A stretch of 63,967 bases of DNA, the filler included, from Reclinomonas americana ATCC 50394 (taxonomy: Eukaryota), in the NCBI GenBank assembly GCA_048213135.1. It is 14 parts of 14 records of this genome, joined end to end, with 100 filler letters (N's around TTAATTAATTAA, not from the genome) between each part and the next. Parts side by side here need not be neighbours in the genome. Positions count along the whole stretch, not along the records: positions 1 to 1,595 come from AFZH01017742.1; positions 1,696 to 16,291 come from AFZH01017744.1; 12 more parts are not named here. One strand, 5' to 3'. Under the pieces are notes generated by a model. That model was given only the letters and a program-made list of their open reading frames with translations, was not told the origin of the DNA and did no database searches. This document shows, piece by piece, positions 1 through 13,700 of the stretch; the stretch's first letter is position 1, and the number at the start of each line of letters is the position of its first letter. Both the position numbers and the translations under genes were made by a program.

Positions 1-1496
1 ATACACGCCCTGTGCGTACATCACGTCGGTAGCGCACCAGGCGATATGATCATGACGACAACGCAACATACTGCTCGAGTTCGGGCGACGCGCGACGGTC
101 GTGCCGAGGTGGAGTGGTGCCACCCAGGTGGCTCTGTCGCAGTTCTCCACGCCCAGACGAACTGAAGGCTGCGGCCGTGTCGTCGGGTGGGTGGAATGTG
201 CTCAGACTCTGCGTGCCGCCATCTGCGCCACGTGAGACGAATGCACAGTGTGAAAGGAGATAAAAGAGACTCGCAACTGGAGGTTGGTCGCTGAGCGCAG
301 TGACGTGTGGTGAGACGGGGACGGGGAAAGACAATGACTGGAACGGCGACTGCAATACCTCGCGGTCGGGCAACATCCACGACATGGTCGACGAGTCAGA
401 GCGAGTGAACCGGGGAACGCTGTGCGCAGGGAGTAAGCAGCAGCAATCTTCAGCGCTCATCGACGGGGGGAGGAGGAGGGACGCAACGGCGTCGGGGAGG
501 CGGTGGTCTCGCGGTGAGAGACGACTGTCGGTGGCCCTACAATCGCGAGTCAGCGCCCACCGGTGTGCGTGATGCATGGACTGGCCACAAAAAGCACCTT
601 CGACCACAGAAGAGCCGCGTGTCTCCACCATTTTGACAATGGCCTGCGCGACAGTCAGTCAGCGATCAACCACTCTCTCTATCTCCACAGTGCCGAGTAC
701 CGACTGAAACGACTGCAACCGCTGGAGCTGCTCTCGCGCCTCCGTGGACCGCTGTTCCGCACGCAGCAGCTCCTCACGCAACCGCAACACATCGGCTTGC
801 AGTCGCCGGTTCGTCTGCACGACACGACACGCTCAGCACTCTTCCTGCACGCCTTCACCGCAGAAGCACACCTCCGACACATCCGTCTCCCTCCGCGCAA
901 GCAACTGCCGCTCCTGATGCGCCTGCTTCGCCTGCCGCTCACTCGACACGAGCAAGAACCGCAGCTTCTCCACCTCACCTCGAAGCTCCTCATTCTGCAA
1001 CAAGCCGGTCATCGCCAAGACAAAAGCCGCGCATCGCGAATACAACGCATATACACAACCTTCCGTCGCTCCTCCGCCAGCTCGACGCGCACCTGCACCG
1101 ACTCGGATCGCGCGACCTCGATCTGTGCATGCCGCAGCGATGATTTGCGCGCGAAAACATCAATCAAAAGCGAACACACGCTGCGATCGCACTGAGAACG
1201 AGGCGCACCTCAGACGAGCGATGCACGCGTATCTCCGCCAGTTGCCTCTGCAACGCCGCCACCTGCCGCGCATGCGTCTCACCAACCACATGCAACGCAC
1301 TGGCAAACGCTCGATCCAGCTGATTTCCACTCGGCGAATCAGCCGCCGATGACGACACCGGTGACGATGAAGACGACGATGATGATGATGATAAAGGCGA
1401 CGAAGAGCGACGCTGCATTGAGTAGAGATGACGGTGTAAGAGTTTTCGGTCATCCGGTCCGTTGACTCGCAACGACCGTTTTGTTTTCATTGGCAA
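1..1496 (-). CDS. Hypothetical coiled-coil protein (multi-exon, boundaries approximate)
   Basis: Ser-rich N-terminus, then heptad-like segments (QVAALQRQLAEIR, LLQNEELRGEVEKLRFLLVSSERQAKQAHQERQ) separated by short GT-AG introns. No family recognised. Confidence 0.45.
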
Positions 1497-1595
1497 TGGA
1501 GGTGTCTGCGCAACTCTACGAGGTACAGTCTCTCGCCTTTTCTCTCTCTCTCTCTGTTACACACCAGTCACTCACTGTTTGTGTCTCTTGTGTAG

Positions 1596-1695
1596 NNNNN
1601 NNNNNNNNNNNNNNNNNNNNNNNNNNNNNNNNNNNNNNNTTAATTAATTAANNNNNNNNNNNNNNNNNNNNNNNNNNNNNNNNNNNNNNNNNNNN
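1596..1695. other. Artificial scaffold gap spacer N44-TTAATTAATTAA-N44 (first of 13)
   Basis: The same 100-bp spacer starts at 1596, 16292, 21231, 22705, 26709, 28641, 35005, 42348, 45907, 49837, 54839, 60128 and 62846. The central 12-mer gives stops in all six frames. Confidence 0.98.
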
Positions 1696-2909
1696 TGACG
1701 ACACGCGGACGCCAACTGTCAAGTCACCTCCCTCAAAGGCACCGATACCTGCTCCGGCTGCGAAGCCTGCCATCGCGCCAGCACCAGCCAAGCAGAAGCA
1801 GACCGCCGAGGACGATGCCGACGAGTATGGCGACGCTTTTGATGCCGAGGACGACTCAGAGGAGGACCGCAAGCAATCGCCGCCGCCGCCGCCGCCGCCA
1901 CCACCACCGAAACCCGCGGCATCGGTGACGTCGCCAGCGGCAAAGCCTCCAGTTGCGCCGTCGCCGGTCAGCAAGCCAATTGTTGCGCCTGTGGCTGCGC
2001 CGAGCAAGCCGCCCGTGGCGGCATCGGATGATGACGATGAGTACGGCGATCAGTTTGACGAGGATGAGGAGGAGGAAGACGACGACGACGACAAGCCTCG
2101 GGGCGCGACACCTGCGGTCAAATCACCACCACCGCCTCCAGCCGCCGTCAGCAAAACTCCGACTTCCTCCGCTGCGACTGCGTCGCCCGTGGCCGCGCGC
2201 GCCACTCCGCCTGCGAAGCCGGTGCCGAAGCCTGTGGCTGTCAGCAAGCACCACGGCAGCAGTGACGAGGGAGAGGAGGACGATGGGTTTGAGGATGACG
2301 ACGAGGAGGAGGAGGAAGAGGTCGTCAAGCCGGTTGCTCGGGCAGCAATCCTATCGCCACCTGGAGGTGAGTCGAAGAAAGAAGCGCGGTTGCTCTTGCT
2401 CTGTTGGTTCACTCACGGCCGGTGGCAACACGCAGTCAAATCGCCACCGCTCGGGACACCACTTGCCAAGTCAACACCGCCACCGCCGAGTTGCATTCAC
2501 TGTCGACCCGCTCATCCTCTTCTGCGTGCGCTAACGTGCAGTCACAGAGCCGGCACCAGCAGCAGTCGCGGCGAAGAAGCACGAGTCGGACAGCGACGAG
2601 TACGACGACGACGATTTTGGTTGCGTCGCCGCCCTGCAACGAGTGGCCTCCTTTTCTTTCCCTCATTGTTGAGTTGTGCAGATGGCGGCGGGAGTGCACA
2701 GTCGTCGGCACGCGCACCACCGGCACCGAAACCATCCGCACTTGCTGCCTGTTGCGTTGTCGTCGTCCATGTTACTCAGTCTGTGGAGTCTCCACTCACT
2801 GTGTGAGCCAGCAGCACGTGCACTGCCACCGCCGCCGAAACATGTGGACGATGACGACGATGAGGACGACGAGGAGGACGATTTTGAGGAGGACGACGAT
2901 GACGAGTGA
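1696..2909 (+). CDS. Pro/Ala-rich protein with acidic tracts, low complexity (5' end in gap)
   Basis: Repeated PPPP/KP segments alternate with D/E runs (DDADEYGDAF / DDDDEYGDQF). Short introns interrupt the frame; stop TGA at 2907-2909. Confidence 0.6.
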
Positions 2910-3200
2910 GCTGCGCAGCGGGACACCACCTGCTGCTGCTGCTGCTGCCACGGTGCAATGACCGATTGGCCCGCGGAAGAGAGAATCGCAGCGCCTGCCG
3001 GGCTGGACTGTCTCCTCTTGGTGACAAAACAAGAGGAGAAGCGAAGAGAGCCCGGTTTTTTGTCTCACTTCTTGATGAGAAGGCGACTAACTGTCACTGA
3101 GAGTGAAGTGACTGCTCAGCAACCTCAACTCTCTTGCGTGCCTTTCGTTCTCGCCATGCGCCGTCTTCAGCATCGACCACCATGGTACCAGCCTTGTCCG

Positions 3201-6200
3201 ATGTCCGAAAACACCTGGCCAATCACGACACGAATCCTGCCCCAGAATGCACCAGTTCAAGTTGGCGTTCGAGGTACGTCGACTGCTACTGGTGTGTATC
3301 CGTTGGCTGATTTCACAGCATATTTGTTTTGGTGCCGGAAATGATGTCGGATTTGACGGCATTATTGACCGGCTGTCGTGTTCCGTCCCCCATCACTCCG
3401 TATTCGTTGTTCGCCTTTGCACCGTGCGCGAAGAGAGCGCGACATGTCACACGCTTCTAAGGTGTGTCCTTGTCTCTCTCTATCACTGGTTCGCACATGC
3501 CGCGTGCTCACCGCAGTGTTGGCAGGGCGGGAGAGAATCATCGGCTGGAGGATCGGCATGGGAAGAGGAGGATGACGAGTGGGCTTCTGCCGCACCAAGT
3601 GCTCCTGTTATTCCGAACGACTGGGACGAAGACGATGACGACGATGATTCGGCGAGCGCTTCCGGTGCTGCTGCTGATTCCGCCCCTGCCGACTGGGAAG
3701 ACGAGTTGGATGAACTTGTTGCAGACGACGACGACGACGACGAGGAGGACGAGGACGAGGAGAGTCTTCTTGACACCCTGCATACGCTGCCATCCGCGCG
3801 CCCCGACTCACCTCTGCCAACGCTACCGTCGGCCGCCGAGCTGGAGAGCCTGCGTGCGGCGTGGAGTGCGTCGGCTGCGCCGCCGCCCTCTGCACATCAT
3901 GAACCCCTGTGTATGTGTGCGTACGCGTGTGTGTGTGCCTTGCGCGAGTCGCATCCGTCAGCAGCTGCATCTGCAGCTTTGCCTGTGGATACCAGCGATG
4001 AGTCTGTTCGTCTTCTGGTGAACGAATGGTTGCGGCGACTCGGTGATGAGATTGAGCATGCGGACGTCGGCGGTACTCCAGACGCCGCAGCCGCGACTGA
4101 GATTGTTGTTCCTGTCACAGGAAAGAAGGGAAAGAAACAAAAAGGTGCGTACAACTATTGGTCGTAATCACACAGGCGTGCTCTTACGCCGCCGTCTCCC
4201 TCACGCAGCGACGGTCAAATCATACAAATCCAGGAACCTGACTCGATTTGCTTCACTGGAGCACAACTGGCGCGTGATGACGCAAGTTGATTTCGTGGAG
4301 CGCGTGGGGGCCGACGACCTCGTCATGCTCGACGGGTACGCGCGTTGGCGTGCTTGCAGCCTCGCACTTCACACGCTGACATGCTTGACTCATGTGCGCT
4401 ACGCAGCGAGTCACTCATTCTCTCTGCCGCATCCTCCATGCCTGCCGAGTCGTGGATCACTGGTGGACAGTATCTCACACTCGTGTTCCGTGTCGAACAG
4501 CTGCTCATGGTCTGTACTTTTTCTCATCCCGCTGTGTACGGATGCTGTGATCGTTGTGTTCACGTGTACTGTCATGCTTCAGGGCCTGCTTCAGCACGGC
4601 TGCCGCTTCCAGATTGTGTTTTTCCGCCGTCGCCCTCCGCAGTCACCTGCGTGGCGCTTGGCTCGTGAGATTGTCATCCAGCATCTGCGTGACCGGTGCG
4701 CGAGTGCTACTGTATGCAGCAAGCAGCTGGTACTTCTTATCACTCACATGCACATGTATGTTGAGTAGCGTCCTGCCCAAACTCATCGACAACCCCTGGT
4801 TGGCTTTGCTGCACTTCGAGTCGTGGTTCGACATCGCATTCACTCGGCATGTGATCTCCATCGGCTACACGGCTGTCATCATGCAGCCTGGCAGGCTGCT
4901 ATCCAAGCTGGTCGACGACGCTCATCCACTCATGGTGACTTCTTGTTGGTGCCTCGTGTATGGTTGTCATCGGAAAGTTGCATTCATCTGATCGCGGTTT
5001 TCAGGAAGCGTCCCCACGACGGTACACTGTGTGGCTGGAATACTTGCACCATCAGTTCACGTGGATGTATTTTGCCTGCCGCGTCCCTTTTGTGATTGCA
5101 TCGTCACTCGAGTTGAGTGGCTCGCTTCCGTTGGCCGATATGTGCGACAGGAGCGAGCTAGACGTGCAGTGGGCTCTGAGTGACCTACCCAACACGATGG
5201 TTGCGCGGAGATCTGCGCTCACGCAGTTCTGCAGCGACATTGTCAAGGATGCACAAGGTTGCATAGGGCGTGATGAGACCGCCAAAGAGACGCCAGTCAC
5301 AGAGGCCGCCTGTGTCATATATCGCCAACTGTTGACGAACGCCGAGCTGCCGGTAGATGGCACGCTCCAGCGAGGTGGACGAGCACTGCTTGCAACCACT
5401 GTGGCCGTGGCACTGTTGTCTCTTGAACGAGCACCAGCACACGTGCTTCGTGCGCTGCTGCTTTGCAGCGTGCTTCAGCGCCACCTGTCGCTCACACAGC
5501 GAATTTTGCAGGCTGTTGAGGTGCGTTGCGATCGCTGCTCGGCGATTGATCGACATTCGTCACTCATGGATCGTCGCCTTGCAGCCACTGCCACTCCCCG
5601 CTCATCACTTGGATCGAATTCTCAACTCTCTGCGCGCTTCTGTGGTCGCGGCCGACAATGCTCTGCGCATTAATGACACCGAACAGGTAAGTAGCACTGC
5701 ACACACAGACCATTCGCAGTCCTGACGTTGATCGCGAACAGGATTTCATTGTGCGATGCACGGCTGGCACACTCAACAATGTCGCCGACATTTTCGACGG
5801 TCGCCTATTTGCGCATGTACTTTTGCACACTGCTGCAGTGGCAACAGTGGACGAAGGTACTTTCGGTTATCACGCAGAATGCTTTCGAGACTGGCAATGG
5901 ATGCTGCGGGCGCTTGCTGCGGTCGATGTTGACGTCACTGGCATTCAGAGCGAAACAGGCGACTACTCGCACGTGTCTGTACTGCCGGCATCCCCGGCAA
6001 ACGCCGGTCATTTGCGTCGCCGTCTGTTGCCCGTCGCATCGGTGCTCCCCAACACTCCGTCAACCGGTATGGCAGAATTGGTTGGCCGGAACCTCTGTGT
6101 ATTCTCTCACCTACTTCATGTGCACAGCGACCAGACTTCGACTTGCTGTGGTCTGCGCGGAGGAAGCTCGCCTCTGGGACGATGGTGACCAAGCACAGGA

Positions 6201-9200
6201 GCGTGTGTGGATTGAGAAATACCACTATCACAGCGGCAAGGTACTGCCAGACAGAAAGCGACACTACTGTTGTGTGCCTTACTGACGCGATGCGCAGGTG
6301 TTACGCAGTGCGCACTCGGCGCAGTCTGCTTCTCGTGAGACGATGAGACGTCATCAATCAATGATGAGGGAAGAAGCTTATTCATACTCTCGAATGCACA
6401 CTGTTGCAAGGGCAGCTGGTTTGCGCGACATTGTTGAGTACAGCAGCCTCCGTGCGTCGTTGTGATTATATGGGAACTCACCTTTCCGGCTTCTAATAGA
6501 TCATTCCCACGAGCCGGCAGGAGCAGGCGGCAACACGACGAGTGCACGAGCAGCGTCGAACTGCGCTGCTAGATGCGTATGCTCTCTGTGAGGACGACCC
6601 AGCTGCCGGTGCCGTCGAGCTGAGCCGCATTCATCAAGAACGACATCCGGAGTTGTATCCGACACTGGGAATGGGCTTCATGCCGGTGAGTGTGCATGTC
6701 GCGCACTACTCGCCAGAGCTTGTGCTCCCATGTGGCTCAAACGAGTGCGCATGTGCAGGAACCGTGGCAAGAGAAGATGTTGGACATGATCGACCTCAAT
6801 CGCTCCATGTTGGTGTGCGCGCCGACCTCGTCGGGCAAGACATTCATTTCGATGTTGTTGATGGAGCGCATCTTGCGCTCCGACAACAACGGAGTTGTGG
6901 TGAGTATTGCGCTGTTGTTTCATCGCTGAGTTCCGCAGCATGCTCAACCGCAGGCCCGCCGCAGGTATACGTGTGTCCGACCAAGGCGCTGGCTCAGCAA
7001 GGTTTGCGACCTCCTGATGTTTGTGCCGTGCCTGCAACAGCAGTCGCAAACTGAATTTACATGTCACATACAGTGACACTGAGTGCCTATCGATTCCGCA
7101 AAGAAAACTCATCCCGAGTGACGTTGCTTACCAGTTCGCAGCGATTCGGGTGCGTCGAGCTGCACTAGTTTCGCCATATATGCAGACCACTTCTCATGCT
7201 CTGTTGCAATCACAGAACTGACGCACAGAGTTCTGGCGTGCAAATCCTGGTCACCGTGCCGGCAATCCTGGAGATGCTCCTCACATCGCCCACTTCCGTT
7301 CGTTCTTCTTGGTACAAGAACCTGAAGTGGGTGATTTTCGATGAGTTGCATGCCATGCGCGAGGATGGAGGCAAGTGCAATGCCTTGCTTTTCTCCTCCA
7401 TTGCATTGCAGCCACTCATCGCGGTTGCCTTGTATACAGCATGGGAACGGTTGCTTCTCCTCACACCGTGCCCGTTCGTTGGCATGTCGGCCACCATTGG
7501 CAACGTGGGACCCTTCAGTGACTGGCTGGTCTGTACTTGTGGCAATCTTCACTGTCGACTGTGCCTCTCACGGTCGTGTATTGTTCTTCTTGCCACAGCG
7601 CAAAGTTTGCAAGTCGCGCAAGAACCCCGAGTACCGCGGCTTTGCGACTGTGCTTCAAGAGAACCGTTTCAGCGATCATCTGCCCTCGGTTTACGTGCTG
7701 CCAACAGACTCTCGACTTCCAGCCACCGTACATTCGGTTTGTACATATCTGCTGCCCTTCTAGTCCTTACTCTGACAGCAGCTGATCTGTATGTATCTCA
7801 GTTTCATCCGTGCGCCGCGGTTGAGGTTGCACAACTGGTACGACTGTCGCGCTTCCCGTCCACTGTCAAGCTGTCACGCCAGCACTGCAGCGAGTTGCGC
7901 GACGATCTTTGCGACCGATTGCGGCAGGCGCGTCTCGAGGCCGACGATGTTGTGCCTGCTCTTGGACCGTTGATTGACCGACTCCTCGGCACACTCGACG
8001 AGCTTGTGGTTCCACCGGTGCCGTCAGATTACGAAACGCGTGCGCAAGTACACCAGTGGGAGCGCGAGGTTACGCACGTACTGTGGAGGTGACCTTCCAT
8101 CCCGGTGCCAGCGTGTTGCCTGATGACGTGTATATGGATTCACTCACGTCACTACGCAGATGCGTACACTGGGAGGAAGAACGTGCGGGTGAGCCAGTGC
8201 ACGTGGATTTCGCGGACGTCAGTCGTGCCAATCGTCTGATGCATCAAGCTGTGGAAGACGTGCTGGAAATGTACCGCCGCCCGCTCGCCGCGGCTGTCAG
8301 CGACTCTGCGCCGTATAGGAAACCGGAACAGCTGCTGCCGTTGGTCAGCCTCTTGCACGAGCGTGGTCAGTTTATTGTGTCATGTCGTTGTTGCTCTGGT
8401 CTATACTGCCCGTATTCACGAGGCAGCGACTGCCGCTGGTGTGACAGACTTGATGCCAGCGCTGATTTTCTCCTTTTCCCGGCGGATAGCCGAAAGTGTT
8501 GCGATTGCCATCGCCGACGACATTGAGGCGCGCGGTGGTACATTGCTCGGAACCGGTAATACGCGACGACTGAATGAAGAGGATTTGGAGCGCATCGACA
8601 AGGAGCAAGACGCGAATGTGCGCAAGGACGTGGACGATGAGAAATGTGGTGATTCAGTCAGGCTGGTGAAACGACTCTTCTCAGCCCTCAAGATCGGTAG
8701 GGTATATTGTGCAGACTGCGCACCTTTTTACTGCTTGTGAGATTACTGACAACTGTGCTGCCGTTTGCAGGGGTGGGCCTGCACCACCGCTCATTGCCGC
8801 CGGGCTATCTGCGCCTTGTCGAGGTAATGTTCCAAACGGGCAAGCTCTCGATTGTCGTGGCCACGGGCACACTGGCACAGGGCGTCAATATGCCGGCGCG
8901 GGCTGCCGTGTTCTTGTCGGACTCTGTGTTTGCAACTCCCGCCATGTTCCAGCAAATGAGCGGTCGTTCTGGCCGCCGAGGTTTCGCGGGCGGCGACGGC
9001 GTTGGGCACCTGGTGTTTGTCAATTTCAGCGTGCAGCGCATCCAGCGACTCATGTCTGCGCGTCCGGCCGACATTACTGGGCACTTGCCGGTTACTCCAA
9101 CCGCAGTTCTCCGCATGCAGACGTTTGCCAGGCAGGCCCGAGACAAGAACTTGGTGCGATGATGTGTCGGTGCTGCTTTCGCGACTGCCGCTGTCAATGT

Positions 9201-10689
9201 TCTCATCAGTGCGTGCACAAACAGGCAAGCTGGCTAGTCGGCCAGGTGATCAACTCGTCATTCTTTGTCCGTGGTCGCCTGGAGCGAGTTGAGCAGTCGC
9301 ATCAGCTGGGCCGTCTGAGCCTTGAGATTCTGCGTCGACTGCGATTGGTTGACGCTCGCGGAAACCCGCTCTCGTCGGCTGGACTCGTCGCGCACATTTT
9401 CTACACCGAGCCTGCCAACCTGGCTCTCGGTTTCTTGCTCAATCGCGGCCTTGTCCACGAGATGGTGACTCTCCACCCAGAGGGTCGCATTCGCTTGCTG
9501 CTGAACTTGATGGCGTTCTTGTTCATGCGTCGATTTCCGCGTCCTATGTGCACTTCGGAACTGTCGACTCTGGAGCTGCCTCATGAAAGGTGTGTGCACT
9601 ATTCGTGGATCATCGTCCCGTTTTCTTGCATCAACATGTACTTGCTGTGTAGTCTGTTGCAAGGCCTCAAGGATTACAACGAGGAGGTGCTGCAAGTCGC
9701 CAATGACTACGTTTTCAGATTTGTACGGGCCAAGCATCGTCGGGGCGAGTTGCGACCAGTCGACAAGCTGCCACTCTCCGAGACGCGCTTTCCCCGCCGT
9801 CCGCTGTTGATGTCGGCAAGAGATGATGAACACCCTGAAGGTGAGGGCCGTAGCCTGCTGCACGGCCTCGACGAGCACCGAGTCCGGCGCGGTTTATGCC
9901 ATCCTCTGCTGGCTGCGGTCGGTTACGATGATTGGTTCGGTGAGAAGTCACCGTCCGAGTTTGTGCATTCAGTGCGCGACGACATTTTTGTCGGCGTCGA
10001 ATGCGTACCAGCTGTGCGTCTGGACGGTGCGTTGTTGCAGTCGTCGACCTCTGCTGCTCCTCACAACAGTTTGATTGATCATCTACTCGTTCACAGTGCA
10101 ACCACTGGCTTGGGTGACGGAGTTCTATTATCACAGTAACTTTGAGCATGTGGCAAGAACGTTCTGTGTGTCGGTACGCAATGCAATCGCTCTGCGTGTG
10201 TCTATGTACATATGGTGAACTGAGAAAGTCCTCCTTTGTCGTCGTGCGATGACTGGCAGTTGACGGACATGGAGCGTGATCTTCAAGACTTTGGCAAAAT
10301 TCTCCGCAAGTGCCACGCCGCGCTGCAGGTTATGGTACACCCTGACTTCCCCTGCCCCGTGGCGGCCACGTTCGAGTTGCGCATGCACGATGCTTGTTGG
10401 AATGTGACGCATCGTTCTGATTCATTTGTCGACGTCTGTCGCTCGCAGGGAGCTGTCAAGTTCGTTCACGGCCAAGCTCCGTTCGGGTGGGATGCGACCC
10501 GGTTTCGATGAATACAATCGACGTCGCACGCAGTCGAGACCATCTGATTCGGTGAGCAGAGAGGGGGCAGATCGCCGACACGGTCGCGGATCTGCAGGTT
10601 CGAGCAGTCAGCCACGCCGTCGCGAGAAGCGCAGTACCGCTGCAGCTGATGCGTACGACGACTTTGACTACTATGAGGACATGTATTGA
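3201..10689 (+). CDS. DDX60: DDX60-like Ski2-family DExH RNA helicase (about 20 introns; start approximate)
   Basis: Spliced motifs: EPWQEKMLDMID...VCAPTSSGKTF (I), VVVYVCPTKAL (Ia), QILVTVP (Ib), WVIFDELH (II), CPFVGMSATIGN (III), PALIFSF (IV), GVGLHH, VVATGTLAQGVNMP (V), QQMSGRSGRRGF (VI). Also DDX60-type LVMLDGESL...GGQYL...RVEQLL...FQIVFF at the N-terminus and IFYTEPANL in the C-terminal part. Confidence 0.88.
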
Positions 10690-10781
10690 GAAGAGAGTGT
10701 GAAGCAGGAAAGTCGCCACCGCGTGAGACAGTGAAGGAAGGCTGACATCTCATCCTTGTCCCATCACGATCCACAAATGAG

Positions 10782-13700
10782 ATGAGCGCAGACGGTCTCA
10801 GCTGGCGCCTGAACGCCGGTGACTGGGCTGAGCGCCTCAGCTGGCCCGCTGTCAACACCTACACCGCCCTACCGTGGCGTGCACAACGCGATGCCAGCTC
10901 AACATTTGGTGCGCGCACACACACAGAGAGAGACACTCACGCATGTATGCAAACCAAGCTCACGCTGGATGCTGCACAGGCAGCGCGCAGCCTCTGCACT
11001 CGCGCATCCTCACCTCGTCACTCGGAGATGATGATCAGCAGGTGGCATTGGAGATGAAACCGGAGGCGTGGGCGCAGCGACTGGCAGCACTGTCGCCAAC
11101 CGGCCGCGACCATCATCCGCGGGCCATTGCAAGTGGAGCGGGAGAGTCGACTGGAGACAACGATGTGGGCGAGGCGGCGCTGAGTGAGTCGCAAGAGGAG
11201 TCGCTGCAGAGAGAAATGGGCTTGACGGCACCCTCTTCGTCCTCTTCCACCACTGGCAATCGAGCTGGGAGCTGGTGGAGGCACCTTGCGCAGTGGAGTC
11301 TGTGGGTCCGTTGCTCTTGTGGGAAAACGAGAGAGATCAAGGGAAGGAACAGTGTTGATTGTTTCTGCTGAACAGAGTATTGCCGGAGGCGCGATGTGGT
11401 GGTTGGTGAGACAACTCGGTCGCTGGTGGCCGCTGCTGGTGCGAACGTGGAGAAAGAGCAGTGTGGAGCAGAGAGTGCCACGCGCGCTGCTCAAGGCGAT
11501 GCAGGTGAGTGTTGTTGATGATATGAGCGAGTAGCGCTGGCGCTGGCGCTGAGTGGTGATGGCAGAGTGTGGAGCTGCACGTGGATGCCGAGTCGTTCAA
11601 CCGCGAATCGAGCGCCGAGTACGAGCGACCGTTGCATGCCACACAACAGGCGGTGACTGTGGCGGTGCAGCAGCGCGCCAGCAGCGTCTATGAGCAGGCG
11701 TTTACGTATGCGCGGGCGTTTCGTCGTGCGCTGCTGAAGCGATATGTGCGTCGTCGGGGGGATGCGGTGATTCGGCGGGAGGTGGAGGAGGTTTGTAAGG
11801 AGAAGGGAAAGGAGGAGGAAGAAGCAGGGGGAAGGGGAGGGAGAAGGAGGAGAGAAAATAGGAGAACGGTAATGGTGAGGGCGAGACATGGAGAAGGGAA
11901 GAAAAAGGCGAGTGCAAGAGAGAGAGAGAGAAGCAGAGATAGCCAAGGGATACGGAGAAGCAGAAGGAGAGTGGCAGAGGGAGAGACATGGAGAAGGGAA
12001 GAAAAAAGGCGAGTTGGAGAAGAGGTTTAGAAAGAGAGACGAGACAAGGGGAGAGTGTCGAAGAGGTCAGTTCAGAAGAAAGCGAGAGAGAGAGAGATGA
12101 AGAGAGAGAGAAAAAGAGAGAGAGATAAGCAGAGATAGCCAAGGGATACGGAGAAGCAGAAGGAGAGCGGCAGAGGGAGAGAGATGGGACATGGAGAAGG
12201 GAAGAAGGAGGCGAGTTGAAGAAGGAAGCCAGAAGAGGATTAGAAAGACAGACGAGACAAGGGGAGAGTGTCGAAGAGGTCAGTTCAGAAAAAGCGAGAG
12301 AGAGAGAGAGAGAAAAGCAGAGATAGCCAGGGGATTCCGGAGAAACAAAAGGAGAATGGCAGAGGGAGAGAAGGTGGTGAGGGGAAGACATGGAAAGGAA
12401 AGTGTGTCGAAGTTTCGAGATTAGAAGGAAGCCCGGAGAGGTTTACGAAGACAAGAACGAAGAGAGAACACAAAAAGGAGAAACAGACAGAGAAGAAGAG
12501 CGATGGCGAGAGGGAGAGCGATCGAGAGAGATGCAGAATGACTGGAGAACTGTGAAATAGTGAACAGTGAGAGTGTCGAGTCAATCGGGAGAAAGAGACA
12601 AAGACAAGTGTTACAGTCGCGCCTTGATCGACGTGAGTAGCGCGCAGCTGCATGCTTTCGACAAGCCTTTCGCAAAAGTGCATGGCTGACAGTCGCTTCG
12701 TGTTGCTGGTGTTCATGCAGAAAGCAGCACAGCTGCACTCGGCATTCGCTCTTGCCGGCGACTTGTCGACACTCCGCGATATTGCGGCCAGCAGCGACGC
12801 CGCGATGATTGCGCCAGAGGAAGCTGTCATCGCTGAACACCACTTGTCGATGGTGAACGAAGTGGCTGTGTTCTCGCAGTGGGCCGTCGCGCAACTCGAT
12901 CTGCGACTGGCGATGCCGTTGCGTTTTCGTGTGACACACACAGCACAGACAGCTGGTCTGTGGCGTTCATTTTTTCGCGCTCGCAGCATGACAGCCGAAC
13001 AGTGTGTATGGAGCTGGTTTGCTGAAGTGGTGCAAGTGGCCACTCCGCCAGCGCACATTGCGTGGATGCTGTGGTTGCCTGTGTGGTGGGCCCTGAGTGA
13101 TCTCGAAGGCCTCCTGGCGTCATTACAGGAGGGGCCGCCGGCTGTGCTGGTTCGTTCCGTGTGATTTTTGCTGGCAGATTCCAATCTTTTGCTCACACTG
13201 ATCAGGGTGGTTTTGACAGAGCGAGCGTGTGTGCTCGGTGGACTATGCCGACTACGAGTGGTACTTTGACGTGTGGCTCGAATGGGGCGTCGCCGATCTA
13301 CCCGACGGTCGGCGTCATCATTTCCCCCGCATTCCCGAATCTCGGCCGCTCACTTTGATGGTTTCTGTGACGATGCAGGACCCCTGGACTTGAAGCGCGC
13401 CATGCAAGAACTGTGTGCGGTCGATGGCGAGGCCCTGCTGTACCGGTTCGTTCACGCGGAAAAGCAGCAGGAGATGGAGAGAAAAGAGCACGAGGATGAA
13501 CAGAGACGGCAAGCCAAGGCCGCTGAAGAGGCGACCGCGGCCGCGCGAAGAGCAGGTGCCGATGCCACTGTTGGTGACATGATGTTGCGTGAGCCGTGTG
13601 CCGTTCTTGGATATTCACACTCCGTCAAGAGCACTGACGACTGCACGCACGCACAGTGCAAATGTGGAGGATGACAAGTGCCCTGTGACTGGACCGCGGC

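Noticed and set aside
11702..12555. Long Ser/Leu- or Arg/Glu-rich ORFs over GA/CT tracts (also at 20266, 39512, 45235 and 50263)
   Set aside because: They are by-products of stop-poor microsatellite or intronic sequence.
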